Shown here: piece by piece, positions 1 through 13,298 of the stretch
Position numbering within the stretch: position 1 is the first letter of the stretch
Layout of the letters: each line of letters starts with the position of its first letter
DNA from: Octopus sinensis
Taxonomy: Eukaryota
Assembly: GCF_006345805.1 (NCBI RefSeq)
Contig: NC_042998.1
Span: 78,492,001-78,556,000 of the forward strand
Direction of reading: 5' to 3'
DNA: 64,000 nucleotides
Position numbers and translations under genes: made by a program
Notes under the pieces: generated by a model
What the model saw: only the letters and a program-made list of their open reading frames with translations
Databases searched by the model: none
What the model was told of the DNA's origin: nothing

Positions 1-545
1 AAGCTTTCCTATTACTCAAAATTTCACACCGGACAGCAGCTGATTTACCTAAGTTCTTTTAATGGCCCGGCTATGTTAGTTCCCGAAGTTCATTATATTC
101 TTTTAATTATGCTAATTTCTATTTGGCCAAAATTCTTCCGATCTCTTCTGTATGTAAAACGTGTTTTGAACAACCAAAGAGGCTCGAGTTGATTTATAAC
201 TTCGCTCGGAACAATTTTGTAGTTGCCATTTTGTCTGCTTACAAAGATCACATTTCTCCCCATGCTAGTAAATACAGTTTTGTAGTTTTAATTTAACTGT
301 TGTTAACATTTGCTTTTAGTCTGTTTCCTTTATAAAAATGGATGGAAATTTCAATACAAAGAAAAACAAAACTGGTGTGTCGAACAGACTGGTAGAAAGA
401 CAGTCTGAAACTGAGGCATACTTGCTTGTTTACATACGTCTGTACGAACATATATAGATGCATACATACATACATTCTTACACTTTTTTGGATGTCTATA
501 TTATGGATTTTCCTTATAAGAGATACGGCACACACACATACACCC

Positions 546-585
<40 letters not shown>

Positions 586-864
586 CACTACAACATTTTC
601 TTTCTTTCTATGTTTCTATGTATCTCTGGTTCATGCTGGGTATCTACAAGTTTACAGACGTACATATTTACAGATACGCTCTCACACCCTATTGTATAAA
701 CAGATGCATTCAAATACTTTTAAATGTAAGCATTTATAATATGTACGAGTCATTTTTATATTATCGTCCCACCCTAACAAAAACACAAAAATAAAATAAA
801 AAAACATTTTACTTTCTAATCCAGCTTCTGACATAACCAAACCAACGAGAGAACCGCTGCATGA

Positions 865-1050
865 TCGCTCTGTTTGCTAAATGTAACTGACAAATTGCTG
901 CAAATAACACCTTAGCGTCTTAGAAAACGATATATTGGATTATGTGGGCTTGGGTAATCTATATGCAAGAATAAGATGGGATGATCCAGTGTTAATGTCT
1001 TTGATCGTAGGTCTGCCCGATCAGAACAGGTGGCCTGGAACCTAGCAACA
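865..1050 (+). mobile_element. Dispersed repeat 'family C' (SINE/LINE-tail-like), degenerate
   Basis: Shares the blocks ...AGATGGGATG...TTTGATC(A/G)TAGGTCTGC... with copies near 12590-13440, 15595-15790, 19925-20100, 34410-34580 and 43868-44030. Confidence 0.5.
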
Positions 1051-1189
1051 ACAGTAAGTAATGCATATAATCAGTTCGACTATTGTACGCCTCCACTCAA
1101 GAATTCTTTTATGTATTTCGATCATGTTGAGATTGCAGCCAAATTTCCTTCATCACTTTCTCATTTTTTTTTTGTTACTTACTGTGTGT

Positions 1190-1400
1190 GGAGAAAAGAG
1201 GCCATGGCCTTTGCGGGCTCTCTTAACTTGATGAGGCAAAAGTTCTGCAACCTTTGTAAATCAACAGCGGCGGCGGGAAAATACGAGCACGAAGAGAGCT
1301 CTAGAGGGCAAGAGCTCTGGGAAGGAATGACTATGCGGCATCTGGATGGATACAAAAAAGGATGATGATAGACGGAGAAATAAGTGGAATGGGAATATCT
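1190..1400 (+). mobile_element. Decayed RTE-clade LINE, ORF2 C-terminal relic
   Basis: Frameshifted peptides KEAMAFAGSL and KRALEGKSSGK..WMDTKKD resemble the RTE motif KxxFAGH...EGKRxRGR...WMDxIK. Confidence 0.45.
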
Positions 1401-1679
1401 GAGTGGAACAAAGCCCATTACAACAGAAAATGTAGAGAGAGGAAACAGCATGCCAACGGACCAGAGGTAGAAGCGTGTTTGCGAATTACAGGGTATTGTA
1501 GTCTTAGTTATACTGTATTTTATCGTGGTTGACCTGGCTTAAAACCAAATAAGAAAATATAAAAGGAAAAAATAAAGACTCCATGAAAACGACCGCCTCT
1601 ATTAATACCATCAACGACAACAACATTATAGAATGCCGTATCATTATCCCCCAAATCGCAAGGCATTATTAAATATTAG

Positions 1680-1882
1680 TTTCAAATTTTGATACAGGGC
1701 GAACAAGTTCGGGGCTGGAGGTAAGTCGATTATATCGACCCCAGAACTTGAGTGGCACTTATTTTATCGACCCCGAGAGCATAAAAGACCGCAGCAGAAT
1801 TTGAACTCAGAACGTAAAGACGGACGAAATACCGCTAAGCATTTTGCCCGGCTTGCTAACGATTCCACCAGCTCACCGCCCT
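1680..1882 (-). mobile_element. tRNA-derived SINE family A, old-tail subtype
   Basis: Reverse complement shows the family head (GGGCGGTGAGCTGG..., GAGTTCAAATTC B-box) and the CTTTT...GGGGTCGATAAAATAAGT body. Confidence 0.7.
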
Positions 1883-2897
1883 TAGAGGTATAATTAAATA
1901 TTACGAATATCACCATGAGCTCATGACGATGCTTCTAAGTAATCGCTCATTCTGCTAGAAATAGAACGAAATATATTTCAAATTACTATCAACTGTATTA
2001 AGAATAGTAAAATCCACATTGGACAATGTAATTTTAGATATACAAAAAATAAAAGAAAAAAGAAAAAAATAGGAGAATCGTGATTGAGCTATTTTGCTCG
2101 TAAGTATTTTCAATGAAATCTGACCTGAGGCTAAACAGCAACTAAAACACCACAACCTTTCATGAGCTGACGAAAGACACTCTATGTGGTATTTGAGTAA
2201 AAGAGAGCGTCTATCTGCTTGACCTACGAGGGAGAGGGGAGCAGACAAATTTCCCTTAAATTACATTCTACCAGCGTCATTTTAGATTTAATCATATATC
2301 TAAATATAATTTAATTAAATTCTTTCTAATATTGATTGGAGAGTGTCTGTATATATACGCAATTCAGAATAATAAAAAAAACATTCATTTATCTTTTCTA
2401 ATATCACTTCCTCACTCTCTCTCACCTAATCTCTCTCTCTCTCTCTCTCTCTCCCTCTCTCTCTCTTTCTCTCTCATTCGCTTAGTCGCCCAACTTATCT
2501 CGCCTTTACTATCACTTTGTATACCGATTTATCTACGTATCTGTTTGATTGTTTATATATGTGCGTGCCTATGTGCGTATAACATCTATCATACGCATAT
2601 CTATAGTACACACATACGTGTGTATGTATGTGAGTATGTATGAAACAGAGATAACTCCTAGTACTTAAGCCAAATCATGCAATTTTAAAAATCGGAGCTA
2701 TATAATTGAAATAGTGTACATATGGAATGTATGCAGCTTCTTTCCAGCTGTCTCTCATGAATATTAAAGATTTATATTAAAATCGGGGTTTTTTATATGC
2801 ATTCAGTTATATGTCACAGACATGCAATACATGCTTTGCATTCCTGCAGGAAATACTACTGAATCTAAATGTCTCTGTATGTTAATGTGAGTGTGTG

Positions 2898-2931
<34 letters not shown>

Positions 2932-2989
2932 ATATATATATATATATATAATATGCACTGCACACATACACGTGCGCATTAGAAGGATT

Positions 2990-3700
2990 AATGTACCTGT
3001 TTCGAAGAGTGTTGGAGACGGTGATGTTGAAATATTGAAGGTTTATCTTCGGAGCATGTATTGAAAAAACACTTGATTTTCTGGACGTTGATGGTGAGAT
3101 CTAAGTAGTCATTTGTGTTCGAAGATGTTAACTAACTACTGCGTTTCTTCATATGTGTAAGCTGATGAAGCATTATCGTCTGCGTACAGTTCAGTAAAAT
3201 GTCTGATCTTTTGGTCAATCCTTTGGAATGGAGTTTGGACAGGTTGAACATTTCTCCACCAAAGTGATACATTATCTCCACTCCTGATTTATTTGGAATT
3301 CATAGTTCGTGAAACCTGTCTGCCTGGTACAAGAACAAAATGTCTTGGAACAAATGTACAGTTTTGTTGCAGATCTTTGGTGGTTGGAAACTCTTCAGAG
3401 AGATTGTCTTGATGAGATTCTTAGCCAATCCTGTCATCGTTGAGCGCTTGAAAAAATCGATCGGGAAACCCAGCGCGTTTTAAAACCTTTTCACAACGTA
3501 GATTTTAGCACGGATTAAAAAAGCTTTTCCCAGATTGGATAGCAAAGAAAACAGTCACTGTCTTGTCTGGAATCGCAGAGAACACCTGCTGACCGGTGAA
3601 TAAATAAATATAAAGTAAGTATTAAACTGAAGAAACGGAAGGTCGACACGATCAGCAATGACCTTTGAAGACATTGCCCCAACGGAGTCATAGTCCATTG
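2990..3700 (-). mobile_element. Decayed RTE (BovB-like) LINE, reverse-transcriptase fragment
   Basis: YADD motif (TACGCAGACGAT, 3175-3186 on -) in the context FNLSKLHSK...LYADDNA...ETQ*LVNIF...DLTINVQKNQV. Multiple stops and frameshifts. Confidence 0.8.
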
Positions 3701-4471
3701 ACTATGCAAAAGAATAAAAGGATATCTCTCATTCTCTATTACTCCCGCTTTCTTTTTGCATGTATATCTATGTACCTTTCTCCGTCTATCGCTTTCTCTC
3801 TGTCATGCACGCACACATACACACTTATACACCTCTATTCCAGTTTCTTTCTTTCTCTACGTAATTATCTATTTATCTATTTGTCAAACCAATCTGTCTG
3901 TCTCTCTAACTTACTCGTTCTCGTTATCGCGTTTATTCGTACATGCCCAAACTTGTCTAACCCACTCTCGTCTAGCACACTCTCTCTTTCTCTCTCTTAT
4001 TCTCTCCACCGCAAGAGTGAAAACACGCTCGCACACACTGTGTGTGTGGTGTGTGTGTGTGGTGTGTGTGTGTGTTGTGTGTGTGTGAGAGAGAGAGAGA
4101 GAGAGGCAGGAAGAAAGAACGGGGCGAAAGTGAAAGAAAACAGCCACAAAAATAATCACCCAATAGATATTCAGAAATAATTGGATCATCGATAATTTTG
4201 CGTGTTTCTACTACACACACATGCATGCATATACAAACAGATATACGCGTAAGGAGTGTGTTTACATTCATCAATGTAAAACCATATAAATATGGATAGA
4301 TAATGTAAACGGGAGCTATATCCATTTGTATAATATACACACCATTCTCACTATCAAGTATATGCATCTAAGGATGTGTATGTATTTAAGAACAAAGGAA
4401 TATACACATATACTCAATAATATACATACCTATGTACGCATGTAATATTTACATGTATATACACATACACA

Positions 4472-4554
<83 letters not shown>

Positions 4555-4580
4555 ATGTATATGCATACATATATATATAT

Positions 4581-4614
<34 letters not shown>

Positions 4615-4884
4615 AACAGGCACACGTGCGTGCGTGTGTGTAAATATTTTGTTAACATGAAACTTATAAATTATATTTAAAAAGCCTTAAAAGAAACAGA
4701 ATGACACGAATTTTCCAAAAAGGTTCGTGTCGTTCTGTTTATAATTTTTTATACATTTGATAATTTTTACTTTAAGGAGCTCATTCTTCAAATGTTGTGA
4801 CTGTATGAAGAATTTTTCCAAAAGCATTTTTTAAATACATACATACATACTATTATATATATATATGAAATAGTGTGTCTATGC

Positions 4885-4955
<71 letters not shown>

Positions 4956-5269
4956 CGAATGTATGTATATATGGATGTCTCCATGCATATATCACATATC
5001 GCAGACAAGTCACGATAGCTATTGGAAAACATACAATGATTGTTACCTTCACTTTTCGCTTACTTCTTTATAGTGCCATCAACCTGTCTACAGTGAAATT
5101 GTGTCAATGACCTGGTTGCAGAAGTGCTACGAATGTTTTTTTTTTCTATTCCATAGTGGACGTTATTGTTTAGAGTTAAATGAAAAGTGTATATAACAAT
5201 TTTGTATGCAGTGTGTGTGTGTGGTAATGTGAGAGATGCAAAGTATATTAAAATATATTCTATATAGCG

Positions 5270-5430
5270 TGGTTGTGTGGTAAGAAGCTTGTTCCCCAAC
5301 CACACATGATCCGGGTTTAGTTCCACTGCATGACACCTTAAGCAAGTGTCTTCTACTATAGCCTCGGGCCGATTAAAGACTTGTGAGTGGATTAAGCAAA
5401 CGAAAATTGGAGGAAACCTATCGTGTATAT
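5270..5430 (+). mobile_element. SINE family B head (tRNA-derived, CORE-like segment)
   Basis: GGGTTTAGTTCC B-box-like motif followed by ACCTTAAGCAAGTGTCTTCTACTATAGCCTCGGGCC, as in the full copies at 15041 and 62849. Confidence 0.75.
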
Positions 5431-5450
5431 ATATACATATACATATAGCA

Positions 5451-5870
5451 AATAAGTAACAAGGATTCCGGGATTAGTGCATTACGGGCGTTTCAGGCGG
5501 CTCCATTTAATCGACCAGTGCAAGCATTACATCAATTTGAAATAACCCGCTTTCCTCGGACGTATAAAACCATAGGTTTTCAATATATAAGATATTCCAT
5601 TAAAATTTTTTAGCAAATTTTTCATCAGAACTAGAGGATAAAAGAATTACATGCTTATTGTCATTTTTGTAGCAGAATGAACTTAGGGAGAAAATGCCCA
5701 AAGCTTACTGGCAGAAAAGAGATATCCTGTATGCTGAAAACCTATATGGTCTTATGCGTCCGAGGAAAGCGGGTTATTTCAAACTGACGTATTGCTTGCA
5801 TTGATTGATTAAATGGAGCCGCTTGAAATGGCCATTATGCACTAATACCTGGAAATCCTTGTACTTTATT
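5451..5870. mobile_element. MITE with ~140-bp imperfect terminal inverted repeats
   Basis: Left arm AAGGATTCCGGGATTAGTGCATT...TTTGAAATAACCCGCTTTCCTCGGACG matches the reverse complement of the right arm CGTCCGAGGAAAGCGGGTTATTTCAAA...AATCCTT. Short spacer, no clear TSD. Confidence 0.75.
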
Positions 5871-5955
5871 CACCCAACTTCGAGCTGTGCAGACAATACC
5901 GGACTGATTTGGTGCCTCACCTTAAGTACCTAATTCAAATGAATCGTAATTATTT

Positions 5956-5995
<40 letters not shown>

Positions 5996-6169
5996 TGTGT
6001 GTCTGGGTTTGCGTCTGCCCCTCCACTTGTTGGTGAGTTTACATCCCCGTAACTTAGCGGTTGGGGAAAGAGATCGATCGAATAAATACTAGACAATACA
6101 GGACTGACTTGGTGCCTCAACTGAATTACCAAATTCAACTGAATCTTAATTACTTTTTATATGCATATT

Positions 6170-6410
6170 CATGTCTGCGTGTCTTTTGTGTCTGTGTTTG
6201 ACCCCCACCCCAACACCATTGCTTGACAACCGATGTTGATCTGTTTGCGTCACCGTAACCTAGAGGTTCGGGAAAAGAGACCGAGAGAATAAATGCTAGA
6301 CTTACAATGAACACGTCCTAAGGTCGATTTCTTCGACTGAAAAAACTTTTAATGCAGTGCTCCAGCATGGCCGCAGTAAAATACTGAAACAAGTAAAAGA
6401 GTAAAAGAGA
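6170..6410 (+). mobile_element. SINE family B, 3' half
   Basis: GCTTGACAACCGATG...CCAGCATGGCCGCAGT...CTGAAACAAGTAAAAGAGTAAAAGAG tail. Confidence 0.75.
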
Positions 6411-7267
6411 ATAGAACAAACGTTATCTGATATAGAACTCAGTATAATGGGCACGGTGGTTAAATGCGTTTATCGAATGAAAGTTAATTGACTTATTCAG
6501 AGTTTTTACCCCCAACAAACCCAGGGCAAAAATTCGTATTTCAGACTTTACAACCAGCGAAATGGTTACGAACAATTTTTGGCCAGCGGCTATTTGTATT
6601 CAAAAAATTGAAACTGAGCTAAGGGAAATGATTCAATTAAGACAATGGCTTAAATAGTGCATTTCATTTTGAATGGTATTTTACATTTATAATGAATTGT
6701 TTTACTTTTATTAAGAGAAAGAAAATAAAATTTTACAGCATTTGTTAGAAATTCACAAAGTGACTTGTACTTTAAGTCTTGGATTGACCAGCTCCTTGTG
6801 AGCAGAACTGAAGACGAAACTGTGTGAAAGACCGTCGTGTGTGTGATGTATATCAGTACGTGCGCGCGGATACACACACACACACACACATACATTCACA
6901 TACACACACACATATATGAATGTATGTGTGTGTGTAATGACATATGTTTGTGTGCGTCTTTGTGTATGCGTTTACACCGCTTTTGAAATCGGTGTTGTTT
7001 ATATTGCATCCTTTTATGATCTGTAACTCACCAGTTCGACAAATTGAAATAGATACAAAGGTCGGCATGTTGGCTAAACCATTGAACGAAATACCTCAAT
7101 AAAGGCCACATACAAATCACTTAAACCAGTACAAGAATATACATATGTGTGCGCGTGTATGTGCGCGCGCGCGTGTGGTATATGTATATATGAATATATG
7201 TATATGATATTTTAATTACATTTTTGGTTTTATTCAATTACACCTAAATATTTGCTAGTCTATTATA

Positions 7268-7671
7268 TATTTCTTTATTGCCCACAAATGGCTAAACATA
7301 GAGGGGACAAACAAGGACAGACAAAGGGATTAAGTCGATTACATCAACCCCAATGCGAAACTGGTACTTTATTTATCGACCCCGAAAGGATGAAAGGCAA
7401 AGTCGACCTCGGCGGAATTTGAACTCAGAACGTAACGACAGACGAAATACCTATTTCTTTATTACCCACAAGGGGCTAAACACAGAGGGGACAAACAAGG
7501 ACAGACATGGGTATTAAGTCGATTACATCGACCCCAGTGCGTAACTGGTACTTTATTTATCGACCCCAAAAGGATGAAAGGCAAAGTCGACCTCGGCAGA
7601 ATTTGAACTCAGAACGTAATGACAGACGAAATACCGTTAAGCATTTCGCCCGGCGTGCTAACGTGTCTGCC
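7268..7671 (-). mobile_element. SINE family A dimer (young-tail subtype)
   Basis: Two head-to-tail units joined at AAAGAAATAG|GTATTTCGTC (junction 7450/7451). Confidence 0.9.
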
Positions 7672-8004
7672 GTGATGCTAGTAGTTTAGGCACAACATCG
7701 ATTTACCGAAACCTTTGGTTCCAAAGTTTTTCTGAATTACTGATATTTTTCCGAACAATGGGTTGGTCACCTTGATCAACACACCCAAAATCAAACAAAT
7801 ATTAAATTTACTGAAATAATTAAACGGAACGCAGGTACCTATATCAATACTATAAATTGTACAAGTTTATTAATGCTGTAATGTGCAAGGTAATAAACAA
7901 GCCTGGAGGCCGCGGAAATTTGAAGTTCCAGCTGGTAAATTAGTACGGATTATTAGAGGTCCCAGACTATCAGTATCCGGAAAGTCGGTGTTGTATCTTT
8001 TATC

Positions 8005-8350
8005 TTTTATTTGTTTCAACCGTTAGACTGCGTCCAAGCTGGAGCGCCGCCTTGAAGAATTTTAGACCAACGAATCGACCCCAGTACTTTTTGTTTTGTA
8101 GAAAATAGCCTGGTACTTATTCTATCGATCATTTCTGCTGGAGCGCTAAGTTACAGGGACGTAAACACACCAACACTTATATGCGTGTGCGCATGTGTGT
8201 GTGTGTGTGTGTGCGTGTGTGTGCGTGTGCGAAGAGCTTCGTTTTAGTTTGTGTCTACCAGATCCACTCACAAGACTGTAGTCGGACACAGTGGGACTGA
8301 ACCTGGAACAGTGCACTTGGGATGTAAACTTCTTTTCACACGGCAACGCC
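8005..8350 (-). mobile_element. SINE family B, degenerate, with internal (CA)n
   Basis: Reverse complement gives head, CORE-like segment, microsatellite and AGCTTGGACGCAGTC tail. Confidence 0.7.
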
Positions 8351-8378
8351 TGCGCCTATGTCTGGGTAATATGTGTGA

Positions 8379-8381
<3 letters not shown>

Positions 8382-8460
<79 letters not shown>
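8382..8460. repeat. (CT)n microsatellite
   Basis: Direct reading. Confidence 0.95.
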
Positions 8461-8461
<1 letters not shown>

Positions 8462-8526
8462 TGACTGTCATTTTGTAATTATCACTAGTGTTCATTTGTC
8501 ATCGATGGTGTCCATGAGTTAAAGAA

Positions 8527-8691
8527 TAGGCCCATCGCCAGAATTTGGTGCCTCGGGGTGTCCCAGAATATTCTCGGTGGGCCCTATTTTGTAACAAATG
8601 CTAAAGTGGAGTTTCTAAATATGCGCCTTACTGTAAATCTGAGGGTGCATCATTGAATAGTGAAGAGACAGTGCCCTTAGCGACGGGCATG
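8527..8691. mobile_element. Small MITE (hAT-like termini), copy 1
   Basis: TIR TAGGCCCATCGCCA / TAGCGACGGGCATG. Reverse complement aligns by eye with 49143-49327. No TSD retained. Confidence 0.65.
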
Positions 8692-8983
8692 GTGTTAGCT
8701 TTTGCTGTTGTTTTGCCCCACACCAAAGCTAAAACGGGTAGACAGATATCTATGCTTGAAGGCGTTACAAGCGTACAATGGCCAACTAGTTTTTTTTGTT
8801 CTTTGTATATCTAGAACAATACAATCTAACCTGTCCCTTTATTTCTATGAGTAAAAGATTTGGCTGGTATTTCTAGCAGGTCGAAAGATCGTGCTGTGTC
8901 TGTCTCTTTGGTTCATTTCAAGTGAGTTTTAATATAAAACAGACCGGGGTTTGTATTTGTCTTTTTTTTTTCTGACAAAATGA

Positions 8984-8985
8984 TG

Positions 8986-9056
<71 letters not shown>

Positions 9057-9092
9057 GATGATGATGATGATGATGATGATGAGGATGATGAT
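8984..9092. repeat. (AAT)n-(GAT)n compound microsatellite
   Basis: Direct reading. Confidence 0.95.
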
Positions 9093-9710
9093 GAAGGAAA
9101 CAGAAAGTGAAAAGCACTATCGTCTCAAAATTGCTTTTTCTTTTCTTTTGTGTTTGTCTTATTCCTTTCGGTAATATGTCATTCATGATAGGTGTAGGTT
9201 GATTGTCGTATTAATAATGTTTTTACATAGATATCAGCCGACGCTGACGGCTTGTCTTACACATTTTGTAGTTTTATTCTATGCTATATGTTGTATGTCA
9301 AAGTTCGGTACATCGCTTTCAAGAAAGTCTGTCATCATTATATATTGTATCTTAGCGTTTATTTGTATCTTTTACTTTCCATGGACAAGAGTTGGGTGTA
9401 GAGCCGGAGAACCTGGAACTCTGCCCAAAATATATAGCTTTTTATTTGATATATAAGAAAATTCACAATCGCTTCAGTGTATATATTCTTTTGTTATTTT
9501 ACTGGTTTCAGTCGCTGAACACTGACCATACTGGAGCTCCTGTTTCACATGTCTCCAGTCGATGATATCGACCACAATCCTTTGTCTAGAATTTATTTTA
9601 TCAACCTTCTAGGAAGGACAAAGTCAAACTGAAGTAAAAGCTAAAATCAAATGCGTGTGTGCTTATGTGCGTCTGGACATACCTTTACATGTATGTATAT
9701 ACGTGTTAAT

Positions 9711-9769
<59 letters not shown>

Positions 9770-9782
<13 letters not shown>

Positions 9783-10278
9783 TGTAGTTGTGTGAGTGTC
9801 TGTCCCCTTCGATTTAGATTCCTAACTACTCCCACATTTTGCGGTGCAGTTTAACCAAATTCGGTATCTTATAGTCGTGATTCATATCGAGCCCGTCTGG
9901 CTATTAGCGTGCGTCTACGATGAGTCTACGATTTTTAAAATAATTTAACATCATTTTTTATTCCATTTTAATGCATAATTTTTCGTGTGTCGATGGCGGC
10001 GGAGTTGGCGTCCATGGTCACACCTGCACCTGTTTGCTTCTCCCCCTTCTTCCCTCCCTCGTGAAGCTGTGGGGAAGGGAGTGTAAGGAAATCAACGTCG
10101 TAAAGCGTTGTCAAGGAGACCAGCGTTCTTTTAGAACAACGACTTCATGGCTTGAAGACACCAAAACAGAAATGGCTAAGAAAGCCCGAATTGGCATCCT
10201 TAAGGAAAGTAACTCTCTAAAAATGCTTATATAGTTATTTCCCTTACAAACCCGAGCAACGCCGGGCGATACTGCTAG
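9770..10278 (+). mobile_element. Non-autonomous Helitron, copy 1
   Basis: 3' CCCGAGCAACGCCGGG hairpin (10251-10266) then CTAG|T (10275-10279). The 5' end merges into (TA)n. Near-identical to 59426-59949. Confidence 0.85.
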
Positions 10279-11112
10279 TATATATATATATGAGAAATGT
10301 ATTAGCTTGACGCTCAGTGAAAGGATATATATATATATATATATACATATATGAGAGAGAAAGAGAGAGAGAGAGAGAAGCTACTTATATCAAGAATAAA
10401 ATCAGCGCATCACACTCCTCTTAATTATGAGCCGTACTCTACTAGAATCTTCACAATCGCTCCAAATTTTTGATCCCACTATTACTGATGATTTCTCATG
10501 ACGAAAGCACACCCATCTATACACAAACGTAGCTAGAGCCCTTCCGTTTGCCGACCCCGAACCCCACAAAAAACACATATTGCCTACAGCAGACTCAAAA
10601 GTGCTGCTCGGGGTGAACCGCCCCTAACGCCCTCCCATAGCTACGCTAGTGCTTTTGTTTCCTTTGGAATTACTTCCTCCGTAAGTTTCAGGAAAGGTAG
10701 TTGAAGTGAGTGACTGTCTTACTATTCTGCTGAATACTTAGTTGCCTACCCAACCTTTCTGTCTCACATACATCTCCCAGTTCATCACTATGGCCATTAT
10801 GGAACCCTTGAGCTAACGGAGGCTTTTCTATGCTGTAGTGCAACCAGCTAGAAATACCAACCAAACTTCCTAAAAATACCATTCTAATTTCATACAATAA
10901 TGCGATGGACCCAGTGGCCTTGAGATAACCCTATAAAGCAGGCATGCTCACAGTTGTAATGGCTTTCATTGTTGACCAGTTTGATTGATCCTTGTTTGTC
11001 TTCGGGATTGAAGTCTGAAATCACCCCACCTCAATGTTAACAAGCTGAACATCAATTTTACCAGTTTGGTAGGGCCAGTAAAGGGTATGGAAATTACCCT
11101 GATTAATTTATA

Positions 11113-11120
11113 GTGTGTGT

Positions 11121-11182
<62 letters not shown>
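11113..11182. repeat. (GT)n microsatellite
   Basis: Direct reading. Confidence 0.95.
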
Positions 11183-11185
<3 letters not shown>

Positions 11186-11849
11186 CACACGGGTTTATGT
11201 ATAAAATATCTAAGATTCTATACACTTCTAACATAAGATCGCAGTGATAATTTTGTTTGCTTTTAACTACAAAATAAGCCAGAATGTTCACTATATATGT
11301 GTATATGCACGTATGCAAGCCTGCGTGTATTGTGTGTGTATTTAAATGTATGCACATCTGTAAGTATAAGAATACGTACTATATTCACAAATTGCTATCC
11401 TTTGGTTTTTAACCTTTTAAAGATTTATTTTATTCATTTCTTAGTTAATTTATGTTTTGTTAGGAACAATAAATTTCCGATATCTATCGACATTTCAAGC
11501 AAGAAAATGTTTCTATTAATATATCTTCTATGACCAATGTTCTACTTCTGGTTAATTCTATATAAGAAAGCTGTGTTATCAACTAATGATTTTCTATCCA
11601 GCTTTGTTTGTCTTATGCAATGTAAAGAGTTGCTATGGCTCCTTGTATATACAAGGTCAGTCGACTATAAAATATAGTATAGACAAAGACGAATGCACAC
11701 AAAAAAATATCAATTTGCAACCTAACATCAATTTCATAAAAATTTATATAAATAACTCTTCAATCAAATGGTTAGCTTAACAAATTAATTATTGTTTCAA
11801 ATATACAAAATGTAATTATTACACTCTAACACTTCGAAGGAGAATTCAA

Positions 11850-12130
11850 CATACCGTACCTTATCACCATAGATCAGTAAAAATTTACAAAGACATTATC
11901 CATCTCCGACCAAGAATAATTCACCCAGACACAATATTTCCGAACAATTGCCATATGTTATTTATATGATTTCTCAGAAACATTAGAGTATTAAAAAACA
12001 GCCTTCACTATCGTCCATGCGATAATACTAGACAATATCCTCAAGCATCATTAGGAAACGACAGTTATATTACACAGCCAAGGTACTCTTCTGCTTTTTT
12101 GAAAGAAAATTATATACTCACAAGAACGAA
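11850..12130 (+). mobile_element. Very old CR1-group LINE relic (post-RT region)
   Basis: Fragmentary peptides (ITIDQ*KFTK, KTAFTIVHAIILD) resemble ...VKDLGV... and KTAYxTLVRPILEY. Heavily decayed. Confidence 0.35.
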
Positions 12131-12653
12131 TAGATCCCAATTGCCCACATTCTACAAATCCAACATAGAGAGTAAAGTGATATCAAACTACAAATTACAC
12201 AAATTATGTGGATAACATATTCATTCCCACAGACTCACAAGAAAATGATGACGACCTGCAATCTAAAAAGTGGGAGTTGCCGTTCTAGTTTCAAAATTTC
12301 CAAGGTAAAATGTCAGATGACTGAACAAACCCATTTTATATGGGAATGTAGGGTTAAAATAACATACGTTTTACATATGTATATACGAAAAGCATGCTTA
12401 TACATGTAGAGGGACTGTGAATATTCTGTATAGATATAAAATCTGAGTCATTATAGTCTCCTTCACATAAAAAACACTCCTACAAATATATTGACAATTT
12501 CAAACAGACTAGTATATGCAGATAAGTTGACTGATCATATTGTAAAATACTACGCAAATACGAGTCTATAAGAGACCCTCTGCATGATTACTTGATCCTA
12601 GAAATAGCACCTAAATTCCCTCCTATTCACACCCTATTGTCTTTAGTATAGAC

Positions 12654-13298
12654 CAGTGGCGGTTCGTGTATAGGAACTGAGGGACTGCAGCACCCCTTAT
12701 TTCCACTCGATATTATCGATAACATTCAATATGAGTCCTTTTTTCTTTAATTCCTTCTTTATACTTGTAAATTATATAATCGTTAAGCTTATGTCAGTAG
12801 CCATCCCCTAGTTTATGAAAAAAATACAAAAATCCTTGTACGGAACTGTGCGCTTCACAGTTCCATGCTCACATGTCCGAGATAGGAAGCTTCACACTAG
12901 GGAGAGAGGGCAGTGCGTGAATGACAGTGCCGAGTGAAAGGTAGTGTTTCTTTTGATTCTGCGTATGTTGTGCTTAGAAACGTGCTTATATTCTTGAATG
13001 TGATAAAGTATAGAATTATATTATTATCCTGCTTCAAGCTTCAGTGTTGCTGCCAGGATTTCCTCCCCTTGTTTTGTGATTTAGTGGGGGAGGTTTTTGA
13101 AAAACAAGGGGGAATTCGCGCCGGTGCTCAGTGAACAAATTGAACACACTACCCGGTAGTGGCTAAAACGCGAACCGATCACGTTTATGTATAAATTTTC
13201 TTTTTATATGTTTATTTCCTTTTACACAATATTAAAACAATGGCTAAAACATTTTCTGAAGCAGCACCCCTACTAATTTTATCTACGAGCTGCCACTG
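12654..13298. mobile_element. hAT-family MITE (645 bp) inserted in a family C repeat
   Basis: TIR CAGTGGCGGTTCGT / ACGAGCTGCCACTG. Perfect 8-bp TSD GTATAGAC (12646-12653, 13299-13306). Subterminal GCAGCACCCCT at 12687 and 13261. Confidence 0.9.

Noticed and set aside
9971-10234. 87-aa ORF duplicated at 59642-59905, suggesting a gene pair
   Set aside because: It lies wholly inside the non-autonomous Helitron copies and shows no recognisable domain.
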